This document shows positions 8,661-17,736 of a stretch of DNA of 21,976 bases, one piece after another. Position 1 is the first letter of the stretch. Each line of letters begins with the position of its first letter. Made by a program: the position numbers and the translations under genes. The DNA comes from a virus: IMG/VR virus record IMGVR_UViG_3300022401_000130. One strand, written 5' to 3'. Under the pieces are notes generated by a model, which saw only the letters and a list, made by a program, of their open reading frames with translations, did no database searches and was not told the DNA's origin.

Positions 8661-8825
8661 ATGAAAGATTATATAAGCAAGACTAAAGTTAACTCAAGAT
8701 TAGCAACAAGCATACCATCAGCTATTAGAACAAAGTTTGATATTAAAGCTGGTGATGAATTGTTTTGGGATATTGAAGATAATAAAATTATTATTAAAAC
8801 AAAAGATTCTGTAAAAGAGCTATAA
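8661..8825 (+). CDS. AbrB/MazE/SpoVT-family small DNA-binding protein (absent from the ORF track, 54 aa)
   Basis: MKDYISKTKVNSRLATSIPSAIRTKFDIKAGDELFWDIEDNKIIIKTKDSVKEL has the IP..IR..F.IK.GD.L.W...D.KIII signature. Confidence 0.85.
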   Translation: MKDYISKTKVNSRLATSIPSAIRTKFDIKAGDELFWDIEDNKIIIKTKDSVKEL

Positions 8826-8861
8826 ACTATTAGTATCTTGTTTTAATTAATTCTTATTTAA

Positions 8862-8983
8862 TTACATATTTTCATAATCAATAATAGCTTGCTCAGACTC
8901 ACCACTTCAATCATAGCAATACTGGCATCAAGTTCACCTTCAATACGATCTTCAGATAGTGCTTCTTCATATATTGATGGAAT
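8862..8983 (-). pseudogene. Possible degraded coding remnant
   Basis: Reads IPSIYEEALSEDRIEGELDASIAMIE, then after a frame change SGESEQAIIDYENM*; no start codon or RBS; composition is coding-like relative to the AT-rich flanks. Confidence 0.3.
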
Positions 8984-9010
8984 AAATTAAAAATATATAA
9001 AAAAAAGAAA

Positions 9011-9298
9011 TTATTTAATGTTATCAATGTTTTTAACTATATCATCACCTTTATCTGTTAATCTATATAATCTACCTTTTCTAACTTCAGGATTAATACA
9101 TTCTACTAGTTCATGTGCTTTTAATTCAGCCAGAACTTTTGAAATGTGATTTGGTCTTATATCTGAGTTTCTTGCAATCTGTGTAGGTATCAATACCTCA
9201 TCATCTAAAGACTTCATTACTTTTGTTCTATATGTTGATATTTTTACATAGCTAATTTCTTTTAGCATTTCATCAGATAATTCCATATTACCACTCAT
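9011..9298 (-). CDS. Winged-helix (ArsR/MarR-like) transcriptional regulator
   Basis: 95 aa; STYRTKVMKSL...PTQIA...HISKVLAELKAHELVECINPEVRKGRLYRLTDKG, a wHTH type common in Methanobacteriales. Confidence 0.85.
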   Translation of the reverse strand: MSGNMELSDEMLKEISYVKISTYRTKVMKSLDDEVLIPTQIARNSDIRPNHISKVLAELKAHELVECINPEVRKGRLYRLTDKGDDIVKNIDNIK

Positions 9299-9553
9299 TT
9301 ATTCAATTAGTGCATTAACCAGTTTCTTTCTAAAGAAATCTGATAATTCCTCTTCTAAATTTAGAATGTAATTAACATCTTTTGCTTCTTTAACTTCGTC
9401 ATATAATCCATATTTTTTTCCAAGATCTAAAATAAAATTACAATAATCTTCTGAAAAGAAATCTCCAGTATCAAAATTCCTTTTACTCAATTCATTAGAT
9501 GCACCAAATCTTTCAAAGAAATTTATAATATCGTCAACTATGTTATTATCCAT
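9299..9553 (-). CDS. Hypothetical protein
   Basis: 84-aa ORF abutting the wHTH start codon; no recognised motif. Confidence 0.6.
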   Translation of the reverse strand: MDNNIVDDIINFFERFGASNELSKRNFDTGDFFSEDYCNFILDLGKKYGLYDEVKEAKDVNYILNLEEELSDFFRKKLVNALIE

Positions 9554-9587
9554 AATTTCAATTCCTTAAAAACTGCTTGTTAATATT

Positions 9588-10769
<1,182 letters not shown>

Positions 10770-10773
10770 TATT

Positions 10774-11796
10774 TTATTCCTCCTCATGTGTCCATGGTTC
10801 AATACTTATTCTTTCCCATTGAATGTGGCCTCCTGCTTCATAAATCATTATTGCAGGATAGAATGTATCAAATGTTATCTTATCTGAAATATCAGCTTCA
10901 TATGTGAAATCATCTGTAGCTCCATGTGTTATTGTAGCTTTAACATAACCGTTATCATAATACAAATCAAAATAATACTTCTGCGAATCCAATGCCAGCT
11001 GTCCTGATGAAACATTAACATCCCGTACTACATGGTCAGATGTGGAATATTTCAGTCCTTTCTTAGCAGGATAAGCACCCAGTTCCAGAATTTTTGTATC
11101 TCTGTAATGGCTTAATGATTTGGAATTGACTAAAGCTATTGCATCGCCCCATCCCTGGTTACTGTCCTTTTTCTGATAGATAGCCACTTCCATATGAATT
11201 CCGCTTGTCCCGTCAATACCGTTAGAGTATACCCCAGGTATTGCCATTACTACAGAAGCTGCTACAGTATCTTTTGCCAAATCATAAACCTCACTATCAT
11301 CTACCATATCAATATCAAATGTGGGTGATATGCTTGTTGGATACTTAACAATTTCATAAGCCCCTAAATTTCCATCCCATGCATAATCATCGAAATTTAA
11401 AAATGGAACGCATGTATAATTAATGTTAAAGGCTTCTTTTCTTCCAACTTTGCAGATGACAGTTCCTGTAGCATCTTTAACATATGGTACTGTAACGGCT
11501 GACTTTCCGTTAGAATCTGTTCTGACAACACTGTGAACTCCATCAACCCACCAGTCAATTGGAACTCCTGAATCTTCAAGTGTTACGCTGTATTCAAATC
11601 CTTCCGGAGGAACTGTATCTGATTTTACAATACGCAATACGGGGATTCCAAACATCATCATTAACCGTTCTGCAAGTTCAAATATTGTGAGAGTATTGTC
11701 CCACCAGATGTTATATTCAGTCAGCTTATTTCTAAGCTTTGTTCTTGTATTTCCAAGCCTTGTGTTTTCCAAAATAACATTACTAGCTATGCTCAT
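10774..11796 (-). CDS. Putative adhesin/receptor-binding protein (N-terminal helical anchor, Ig-like domain, beta-sandwich); likely start ATG 11796
   Basis: GTGAGG RBS before MSIASN; N-terminus aligns with that of 11807-12667; VRTDSNGKSAVTV is a Big_1/invasin-like Ig motif; aromatic beta-rich C-terminus. Confidence 0.6.
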   Translation of the reverse strand: MSIASNVILENTRLGNTRTKLRNKLTEYNIWWDNTLTIFELAERLMMMFGIPVLRIVKSDTVPPEGFEYSVTLEDSGVPIDWWVDGVHSVVRTDSNGKSAVTVPYVKDATGTVICKVGRKEAFNINYTCVPFLNFDDYAWDGNLGAYEIVKYPTSISPTFDIDMVDDSEVYDLAKDTVAASVVMAIPGVYSNGIDGTSGIHMEVAIYQKKDSNQGWGDAIALVNSKSLSHYRDTKILELGAYPAKKGLKYSTSDHVVRDVNVSSGQLALDSQKYYFDLYYDNGYVKATITHGATDDFTYEADISDKITFDTFYPAIMIYEAGGHIQWERISIEPWTHEEE

Positions 11797-11806
11797 CTTT
11801 AACGCC

Positions 11807-12667
11807 TCACAGTTCCGGTTCATAATATATTTTTGTATCTTTTGTATTGCATATGGTGTGGGAGTCTGATTTGTAGCCATCACTGCCATATGCTCCAAAT
11901 ACTATCTCATCGGAATTCCATACATCTCCCGGATCAAAAGTTCCTGAAATTAAGACATTATCGTTTGAATCCTTGAATATGTATTGCAGATAATAGTCAT
12001 CTGTTTTTTTAAGAATTATTGTTCCTTCAGCAAATGGATGATTGTTATCACGTACTGAGTCATTTGCAACCCCCCATCCATTGTCCAGTGAAAAGACTCC
12101 AGGATATCCACCGACAGAACCTATGAATACTCCAGTATAACCGTCGGGATTATAATCTCTAATCAGTCCAGAACTTTCATGGTTTTCATCTACAAGGAAT
12201 CCAATTCCCATTAATCCGTTCCATCCTCCGGATATGTTAAATTGTGATTCAATTCTCCATCCGTCATTATCTCCATAATAGTATGTTCCGGGAGTAGTGA
12301 CAAATTTACCGAAAGTTGCAGTGTAATACCAGCCGTCCTCTTCAAACTGATCTTGAGTATCATCATTTGTATATGATACACAATAGTTTCCATTGTTGGC
12401 ACTTGACCATGATGCAGCACTGATATTAGCCATCTTATACAAGGTTGATAGTTTTCCTGCGGTCTGGGGATTAACATTAACGTCCGTTTGAAATATCGGA
12501 AGAATTTCATACCTGTCTATTAATTGATTAATGCTATCTGTCTGACTATAACTGATTCCGGCATTTGTCAGCCCTGTTCTCAGATTAGTTCTTAAGGTTG
12601 TTAATCTGGAATTCATTAGCTGTTCATTAGCCAGAACTTGTGAAAGGTCAGGAGGGGTGAAACTCAT
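11807..12667 (-). CDS. Putative adhesin/lectin-like (ConA-like beta-sandwich) virion protein
   Basis: 286 aa; N-terminal RL..LRT.LR..LT...I helix shared with the downstream gene; G/D/N/W/Y-rich beta C-terminal domain. Confidence 0.55.
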   Translation of the reverse strand: MSFTPPDLSQVLANEQLMNSRLTTLRTNLRTGLTNAGISYSQTDSINQLIDRYEILPIFQTDVNVNPQTAGKLSTLYKMANISAASWSSANNGNYCVSYTNDDTQDQFEEDGWYYTATFGKFVTTPGTYYYGDNDGWRIESQFNISGGWNGLMGIGFLVDENHESSGLIRDYNPDGYTGVFIGSVGGYPGVFSLDNGWGVANDSVRDNNHPFAEGTIILKKTDDYYLQYIFKDSNDNVLISGTFDPGDVWNSDEIVFGAYGSDGYKSDSHTICNTKDTKIYYEPEL

Positions 12668-12672
12668 CTTAA

Positions 12673-13545
12673 TCAGCTCCCGAGCAAATTCAAGTTTGCT
12701 GTTTGTGTGGATGTTATTGTTCCAATAGCTGTTTGGACATTTTCAATAGCTATAGCTACCGGTGCGTTTTTAATAGCGTTGGTTGTATCGGTTGTATCTA
12801 AAGTGCTTGCAAGATTAACAGGGCCGGTATCACCAGTATCTCCTTTATCACCTTTAGGTCCGGCAGGGCCAATATCACCAGTATCTCCTTTATCACCTTT
12901 AGGTCCGGCAGGGCCAGTATCACCAGTATCTCCTTTCAGACCACTCACCCCAGTATCTCCTTTTTCACCGGATGCACCAGTATCTCCTTTAGGTCCTTTC
13001 AAATTAAAATATTGGTCAACTAATGCTTTACCATCACTTATACATGCAATATGACATATATTATTATCAGTTCTTGTGAGTACCCAGTCTCCAAGATTTA
13101 CTTCTGTTGCCCATGCATTATTTTCCAATAAATCACTGACATAAAATCCTCCATATAATGAAGGTTGAGCCGGACAGCCTGTTGAAGATAAACTGCTGTT
13201 TCTGCCACTGATGGACAGTAATATTTGTGCTCCGGCTTTACCTGCAGGACCAGTTTCACCAGTGTCTCCGTGAATACCTGTTGCTCCGGACATGTCTGTT
13301 ATGAATGTGAATTCGGATGTTCCTCTGAGATATAATTTAGCGTTATCGGGATCTTCAACATTAGATTGGATTGCAACAAAACTTCCATCAGGAACATTAT
13401 TGAAATCAGCTTCCATTAATGCTATTGTTGAATATGTTTTAAAAATTGTGAATGGTGCGCCTGCAGGACCTGTTTCACCAGTAGCTCCTTGAGGTCCTGT
13501 TGCTCCTATATCACCTCTTAAGTTTCCAACATTTCTCCAGGTCAT
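12673..13545 (-). CDS. Collagen-like fibre protein
   Basis: Three Gly-X-Y tracts separated by non-collagen domains (PFTIFKTYSTIALMEADF...DPDNAKLYLRG...ITDMSG, a known phage collagen-associated type); C-terminal coiled neck-like segment. Confidence 0.9.
   Translation of the reverse strand: MTWRNVGNLRGDIGATGPQGATGETGPAGAPFTIFKTYSTIALMEADFNNVPDGSFVAIQSNVEDPDNAKLYLRGTSEFTFITDMSGATGIHGDTGETGPAGKAGAQILLSISGRNSSLSSTGCPAQPSLYGGFYVSDLLENNAWATEVNLGDWVLTRTDNNICHIACISDGKALVDQYFNLKGPKGDTGASGEKGDTGVSGLKGDTGDTGPAGPKGDKGDTGDIGPAGPKGDKGDTGDTGPVNLASTLDTTDTTNAIKNAPVAIAIENVQTAIGTITSTQTANLNLLGS
12828..12936. repeat. 45-bp tandem repeat (2.4 copies) in the collagen tract
   Basis: TATCACCAGTATCTCCTTTATCACCTTTAGGTCCGGCAGGGCCA at 12828 and 12873, partial copy at 12918; 12905-12936 is identical to 13670-13701. 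Confidence 0.85.
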
Positions 13546-13548
13546 TTA

Positions 13549-14187
13549 TTATTCCTCCCATACATAAAGTTCGCCGTTAATTAAGTAAGCATCTCCCACT
13601 TGAGGATTTGGAACGTTCTCTTCCAATTCTTCCAGACTATCATATGAGCCTTTTATTATTGTTGATATTCCGGCAGGGCCAGTATCACCAGTATCTCCTT
13701 TCTCTCCTTTAGCACCGCCACCTGCTAATTTAAAACAGTTAATGTAATTGTATTCATCAGAATCTTCCACAGGATGTAATGCCAAGTATTCACCTGATGA
13801 ATCTTTAACGGCTCCGTTTTCACCTAGCTTGATTTTATCGGCCGGTGCAATATCTTTAACACCACTGGCCAGTTTAAGTCTGAATAGCTGGCCTAACACT
13901 AACACACTGGCTTTTCTTTGGCCGTTATCCATTACTGTCGGGTCATTAACGATTATGCCTATTGGTATTTCATCATTATCTCCAGTGTATTTTTTAACCA
14001 TTTCTTTTCCGATTTCGGATTTGTCTGAAATGGTTACTGTATCTTCAGGATATAATTTGTCAGTGTAATCATAACCGATGCTTTGGCCTGTTTGTGTAAC
14101 TACGTCTTTTGAGGTTACATCTCCATCATCGAGTAAAAATGTTGTGACTTCTTTTCTTTGTTCAAGTAAAACTATTTGGTCTTGCAT
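13549..14187 (-). CDS. Capsid decoration paralogue 2 fused to a short collagen tract and half of a collagen-associated repeat
   Basis: First ~155 aa align closely with 5391-5873 (LLE.RKEVTTFLLD.G, VLG.LFRLKLASG, YLALHPVEDSDEYNY); then [16 protein letters not shown] and IIKGSYDSLEEL...GDAYLINGELYVWEE. Confidence 0.85.
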   Translation of the reverse strand: MQDQIVLLEQRKEVTTFLLDDGDVTSKDVVTQTGQSIGYDYTDKLYPEDTVTISDKSEIGKEMVKKYTGDNDEIPIGIIVNDPTVMDNGQRKASVLVLGQLFRLKLASGVKDIAPADKIKLGENGAVKDSSGEYLALHPVEDSDEYNYINCFKLAGGGAKGEKGDTGDTGPAGISTIIKGSYDSLEELEENVPNPQVGDAYLINGELYVWEE

Positions 14188-14786
14188 TAAACACTCACCT
14201 CATATATGTGATTGCCTTTTACATCTGGATTGCATTTGATTTCCATTCCGTGCTTTCTGGCTTCTGTGCAGAAATATAAGTCTTCTGATAGTATTGTGTC
14301 ATTATCATAGATTACGTATTTGAAATATGGGTATGGCATTTTCTTAAAGACATTAACATTAACGAGGCTGATTCCAAGTCCTCCTCCTTTAACGTCAATG
14401 GGATTGTTAAGGTTCCATAATGTTTTTCCATAGATCATGTTTTTGTCAGTGTAATCTTTTCCAAAATCATAGATGACGGTTTGATCTGTTTTTGTTCTTT
14501 TCTTGTAATACCAGCCTAAAGCAATATCTGTTTCACACTTTAACAGATTGTTTATAGTTTGTCTAGGCACACTAACGTCTGAATCTACCATTAACACATA
14601 GTCAAAGTCGTATTTGATTGCTAGCTTTGCTATTTCGTTTCGTGCACGTGCGCAGTCATAGCCTTTAACATAATCAAAATATAGTAGATAATCGTTAGGA
14701 TTTTTCATGCCGTAAATACTTTTAAAGCATTCCGGTTTGATGTTTTCGAATGTTGGAACGGCAATTAGGATTTTACCTTTCATCAT
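14187..14786 (-). CDS. GT-A fold (GT2-like) glycosyltransferase; likely start ATG 14786/14783
   Basis: KILIAVPT N-terminus, ARARNE, DxD motif VDSD, GGGLG and SEDLYFC motifs; GGAGG RBS; stop overlaps the next start (TAATG). Confidence 0.85.
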   Translation of the reverse strand: MMKGKILIAVPTFENIKPECFKSIYGMKNPNDYLLYFDYVKGYDCARARNEIAKLAIKYDFDYVLMVDSDVSVPRQTINNLLKCETDIALGWYYKKRTKTDQTVIYDFGKDYTDKNMIYGKTLWNLNNPIDVKGGGLGISLVNVNVFKKMPYPYFKYVIYDNDTILSEDLYFCTEARKHGMEIKCNPDVKGNHIYEVSV

Positions 14787-15054
14787 TGCCCTCCAGCTTT
14801 TCGATTCTCTCTTCCAGTTCATCCAAGTTTATCTTGTCTTGTTTTTCACATGTATATTCATAAATGTCAATTACTGCTACAATAACAATAGCTACTGTTA
14901 ATGGTAACAGTCCTTCGATTAAAGCATACTTTGTTGCGTTGGTCATTATGATGTTGATAGCTATTGCTGTTAAAACTGCACTGGAGATTGTTTTGGTAAA
15001 GTTACAAATGACTATTTTATTTTTTAGTTTGTTCATGATAACAATATCCTCCAA
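14773..15054 (-). CDS. Small two-TM membrane protein with C-terminal coiled coil (holin-like?); likely start ATG 15036
   Basis: Two hydrophobic segments (TISSAVLTAIAINIIM; ALIEGLLPLTVAIVIVAVI) and a charged LDELEERIEKLE tail. Confidence 0.6.
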   Translation of the reverse strand: MEDIVIMNKLKNKIVICNFTKTISSAVLTAIAINIIMTNATKYALIEGLLPLTVAIVIVAVIDIYEYTCEKQDKINLDELEERIEKLEGNDER

Positions 15055-15060
15055 AGAAGT

Positions 15061-15312
15061 TTATTTTTCTTCAGGATATCCCAAAACTTTTTTAGTTTTT
15101 TGTTTAGCGTCTTCAACATCTCCCTCGCCTCTTATTCTACTTGCATAATGACTAGCTACACCTAACACTATCATAAGAATGCAATAAGGAAGAGTATTTT
15201 CAGTAATACCCAATGCCTCTGAATATAACATTACTATTGGAATAACGGTAACTAAAAATGATGTTAAAATATCAATGTCCTTTCTGTTTCGCTCCAACCA
15301 TTCATAAATCAT
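15061..15312 (-). CDS. Small two-TM membrane protein, holin-like
   Basis: 83 aa; hydrophobic ILTSFLVTVIPIVMLY and LPYCILMIVLGVA; charged C-terminus. Confidence 0.6.
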   Translation of the reverse strand: MIYEWLERNRKDIDILTSFLVTVIPIVMLYSEALGITENTLPYCILMIVLGVASHYASRIRGEGDVEDAKQKTKKVLGYPEEK

Positions 15313-15472
15313 TGCTTATCACCTCATCTTCAAAATCCTTATATGTATGGCTTAGGATTATACCATCAACACAAATCTTTTCTTCACTTTCGTATACTTC
15401 TTCAGCATTTTCTTTTATGCTCATCCAGGATTCGTATTCTTCTAAAGTTTCAAAGTATTTTATGTATTTCAT
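15302..15472 (-). CDS. Small acidic hypothetical protein (MKYIKYFETLEEY...)
   Basis: ATGA overlap with the upstream stop and GGGAGG RBS support a start at 15472. Confidence 0.6.
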   Translation of the reverse strand: MKYIKYFETLEEYESWMSIKENAEEVYESEEKICVDGIILSHTYKDFEDEVISNDL

Positions 15473-15660
15473 TGTGCCTCCCATGTAATGGAATAGTATA
15501 GTATACCATCTTCGATTTTAAATTCAATTACGGGTTTAACTGCATAAGGATAACCACTATCAACGTATTTGGTTCCGTTCCAGTAGAACCAGTGCCCTGT
15601 TGATTGGTCTATGTATGGTCCTTTGTTTTCTAAAGTTCCGACAAGTTTCCTTATAGTCAT
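15469..15660 (-). CDS. Small protein carrying a collagen-fibre-associated motif
   Basis: GPYIDQSTGHWFYWNGTKYVDSG resembles the PYI...GNW..W....YVDTG linker of phage collagen-like proteins; GAGAGG RBS; own promoter. Confidence 0.65.
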   Translation of the reverse strand: MTIRKLVGTLENKGPYIDQSTGHWFYWNGTKYVDSGYPYAVKPVIEFKIEDGILYYSITWEAQ

Positions 15661-15692
15661 GTTAACAACCTCTCTATAATATTATATGTTTT

Positions 15693-15723
15693 ATTACTTA
15701 TTTTATTATTTTGTTTATATAAA
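15693..15723 (-). promoter_or_regulatory. Conserved structural-gene promoter copy 2
   Basis: TTTATATAA ACAAA ATAATAAA ATAAGTAAT; its TATA box overlaps the TAA stop of 15715-16491. Confidence 0.7.
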
Positions 15724-16491
15724 GTATACATTTTCGCCATCATCACAACCGTCCCATTCCATGTATAACTTATTGTCTTCCCAAACAAACCGTACATTAT
15801 TAACAATAGCTACATCCGGAAGCTCACAATAAGTAACACCGTCTGCATCTTTAACATAATTGGCCTGCGCCATAATATTGGATTCCGTTGGTACGATCAT
15901 ATTAACAACATGAGTTATTTCATCCTGTTCAAAAGAACAGTCAGCAAGATCAATACAGTTCTGAGATTCTGGATACATTTCAATTTCAGACATCTGCCTG
16001 TATACTCTAATGTATTCAGTGTCTTCATTTTCCGTTAGATTAACAATGGAAAGTAATCTTAAATCATGGCCTTCAACCGGATTGCACTCACCGTCACTGT
16101 CAATGTAGATTCTGGTATTCGGCAATATATCTGCAGGAGCAGGTCTTTTGAGTTTTAATCTGAAAACATCACCCAGTACCGCAACAGTAACAAGAGTATG
16201 GCCGGATGATTTAACCTGCACCTTACCTAACAGATAACCGAAGGCCAGTTCACCAGCCTGTGCTTTTCTAACAATTGTATGCTGCATTGTGGATGATTCA
16301 TCAAGTGTTACCATCTCACCTACTGCACATTGGTTTTCACATATCCACGCCGTATGCTCATCATTAACGTAGAACCTTTCGCCCTCATCAAGTAAACAGG
16401 CAATAACGTCCATCTTTTCTTCATGTTCAAGTCCTGTTGGATATCCACGGCCATGTCCTATAGTACTGCCGTCATCATAGTCACTTATCAT
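15715..16491 (-). CDS. Divergent capsid decoration paralogue 3 with acidic C-terminal extension
   Basis: Conserved ACLLDEGE, VTVAVLGDVFRLKL and EYIRVYR segments match 5391-5873; about 90 extra C-terminal aa. Confidence 0.65.
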   Translation of the reverse strand: MISDYDDGSTIGHGRGYPTGLEHEEKMDVIACLLDEGERFYVNDEHTAWICENQCAVGEMVTLDESSTMQHTIVRKAQAGELAFGYLLGKVQVKSSGHTLVTVAVLGDVFRLKLKRPAPADILPNTRIYIDSDGECNPVEGHDLRLLSIVNLTENEDTEYIRVYRQMSEIEMYPESQNCIDLADCSFEQDEITHVVNMIVPTESNIMAQANYVKDADGVTYCELPDVAIVNNVRFVWEDNKLYMEWDGCDDGENVYFI

Positions 16492-16492
16492 T

Positions 16493-17683
16493 TTAAAACA
16501 CCCAATCCCAATTATGGTTAATTATTTTATCTGGAATGTGAAGTCCAGTATCAGTCATGTCCTCATCGTCTGCATCCCACAATAACCTACTGCCTTTGTA
16601 AGCTTTAGGATATTCATGACTTCCTTTATACAATCTAATACCTGTTTTAGAATCCCTTTGCGTTACTGTTATTGCGGGAATAGAATTAGCTGCAAGTAAT
16701 GGTGACGGGAATATTAACATCCATTTCAGGTCAATGTAGTTGTATTCTTCAAAAGCGGTTGTTAAAAACCATCCTGGAGCAACTTCAATTTCATGGTAAT
16801 TGTTGTCATAAATTTTAGTTGGATTGTTTCTGTCGAATCCCTCCAGGTAATCTGAGTCACTGCTGAACCCGTTTGAGACTCTCCCATGGAAATGGTATTG
16901 TTTATAATTTCCCTCCTCATCACTGCCTGAAGCATATGCATCATTGGAATTAACCTGCACTAATGTTTTAGTTCCGTTAAACATTAAGTAAGATTTTTCA
17001 CCGTCCCAATTCAAGGATGTGACTTTTATATCTTCCTGATATGTTGTGAGATTATAGTCAGTCTGCATCATGTATGTTCCAGTTGTTGTTCCATGATATG
17101 TTGCATTATCATTAACATCCACACAACCGGAAATCCGTTTAAATCTTGCAACAGTAACACGATTGTTTGATAGACTTCCACCAGAGGCGAATGTTGTAAA
17201 TAATGATGTTGGTGAACTTCCATCCATACTTGGAACAAATCTAGCTCTTAAAAATCTGCCCCCATCCGTTGAATCATTGTTGATACTTAAACCTGAGTAT
17301 GTCATAAAAAACTGGGAGTATGTGTCAGAATTTGCATCGAACATTAACACCTCACCACCAGTGGATAAAGTGCTGCTGAAGATGGTTGAGGTATCATAAA
17401 CATCAAGAAATAGCTTTGTTGTTTGGGAGATCTTACCGACCGGAACCCTGACCAGGATAGCTGCCGGTTGAGATCCATAACTTGGAATGTATAATACTGG
17501 ACAGTTGCTTCCATCTTTGGTTTTGATCTTTAAGTTTTTCAAATCACTTCTGAAAAGATTGGAATAAGAACTGTTGGCCAGATTATCCAAGAAGATGTAA
17601 TCATAGTTGGATGAATAGCTACCGCTTCTTTGCGTGTAATTGTTTATTACAATATTGATTTGTAATTCCGCTTGCAATGTCAT
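16493..17683 (-). CDS. DUF2341-like domain protein with beta-rich C-terminus (putative virion adhesin)
   Basis: FRSDLKNLKIKTKDG..CPVLYI......AAILVRVP.....TTKLFLDV resembles the DUF2341 pattern; S/T/N/D/Y-rich remainder. Confidence 0.55.
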   Translation of the reverse strand: MTLQAELQINIVINNYTQRSGSYSSNYDYIFLDNLANSSYSNLFRSDLKNLKIKTKDGSNCPVLYIPSYGSQPAAILVRVPVGKISQTTKLFLDVYDTSTIFSSTLSTGGEVLMFDANSDTYSQFFMTYSGLSINNDSTDGGRFLRARFVPSMDGSSPTSLFTTFASGGSLSNNRVTVARFKRISGCVDVNDNATYHGTTTGTYMMQTDYNLTTYQEDIKVTSLNWDGEKSYLMFNGTKTLVQVNSNDAYASGSDEEGNYKQYHFHGRVSNGFSSDSDYLEGFDRNNPTKIYDNNYHEIEVAPGWFLTTAFEEYNYIDLKWMLIFPSPLLAANSIPAITVTQRDSKTGIRLYKGSHEYPKAYKGSRLLWDADDEDMTDTGLHIPDKIINHNWDWVF

Positions 17684-17684
17684 G

Positions 17685-17714
17685 ATTAATAATTTATTAT
17701 GTATTTTATATAAA
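17685..17714 (-). promoter_or_regulatory. Conserved structural-gene promoter copy 3 (probably leaderless mRNA)
   Basis: TTTATATAA AATAC ATAATAAA TTATTAAT then CATG; ATG about 23 nt from the TATA box, no RBS. Confidence 0.7.
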
Positions 17715-17736
17715 TCATATAATAATTATAGTAATA

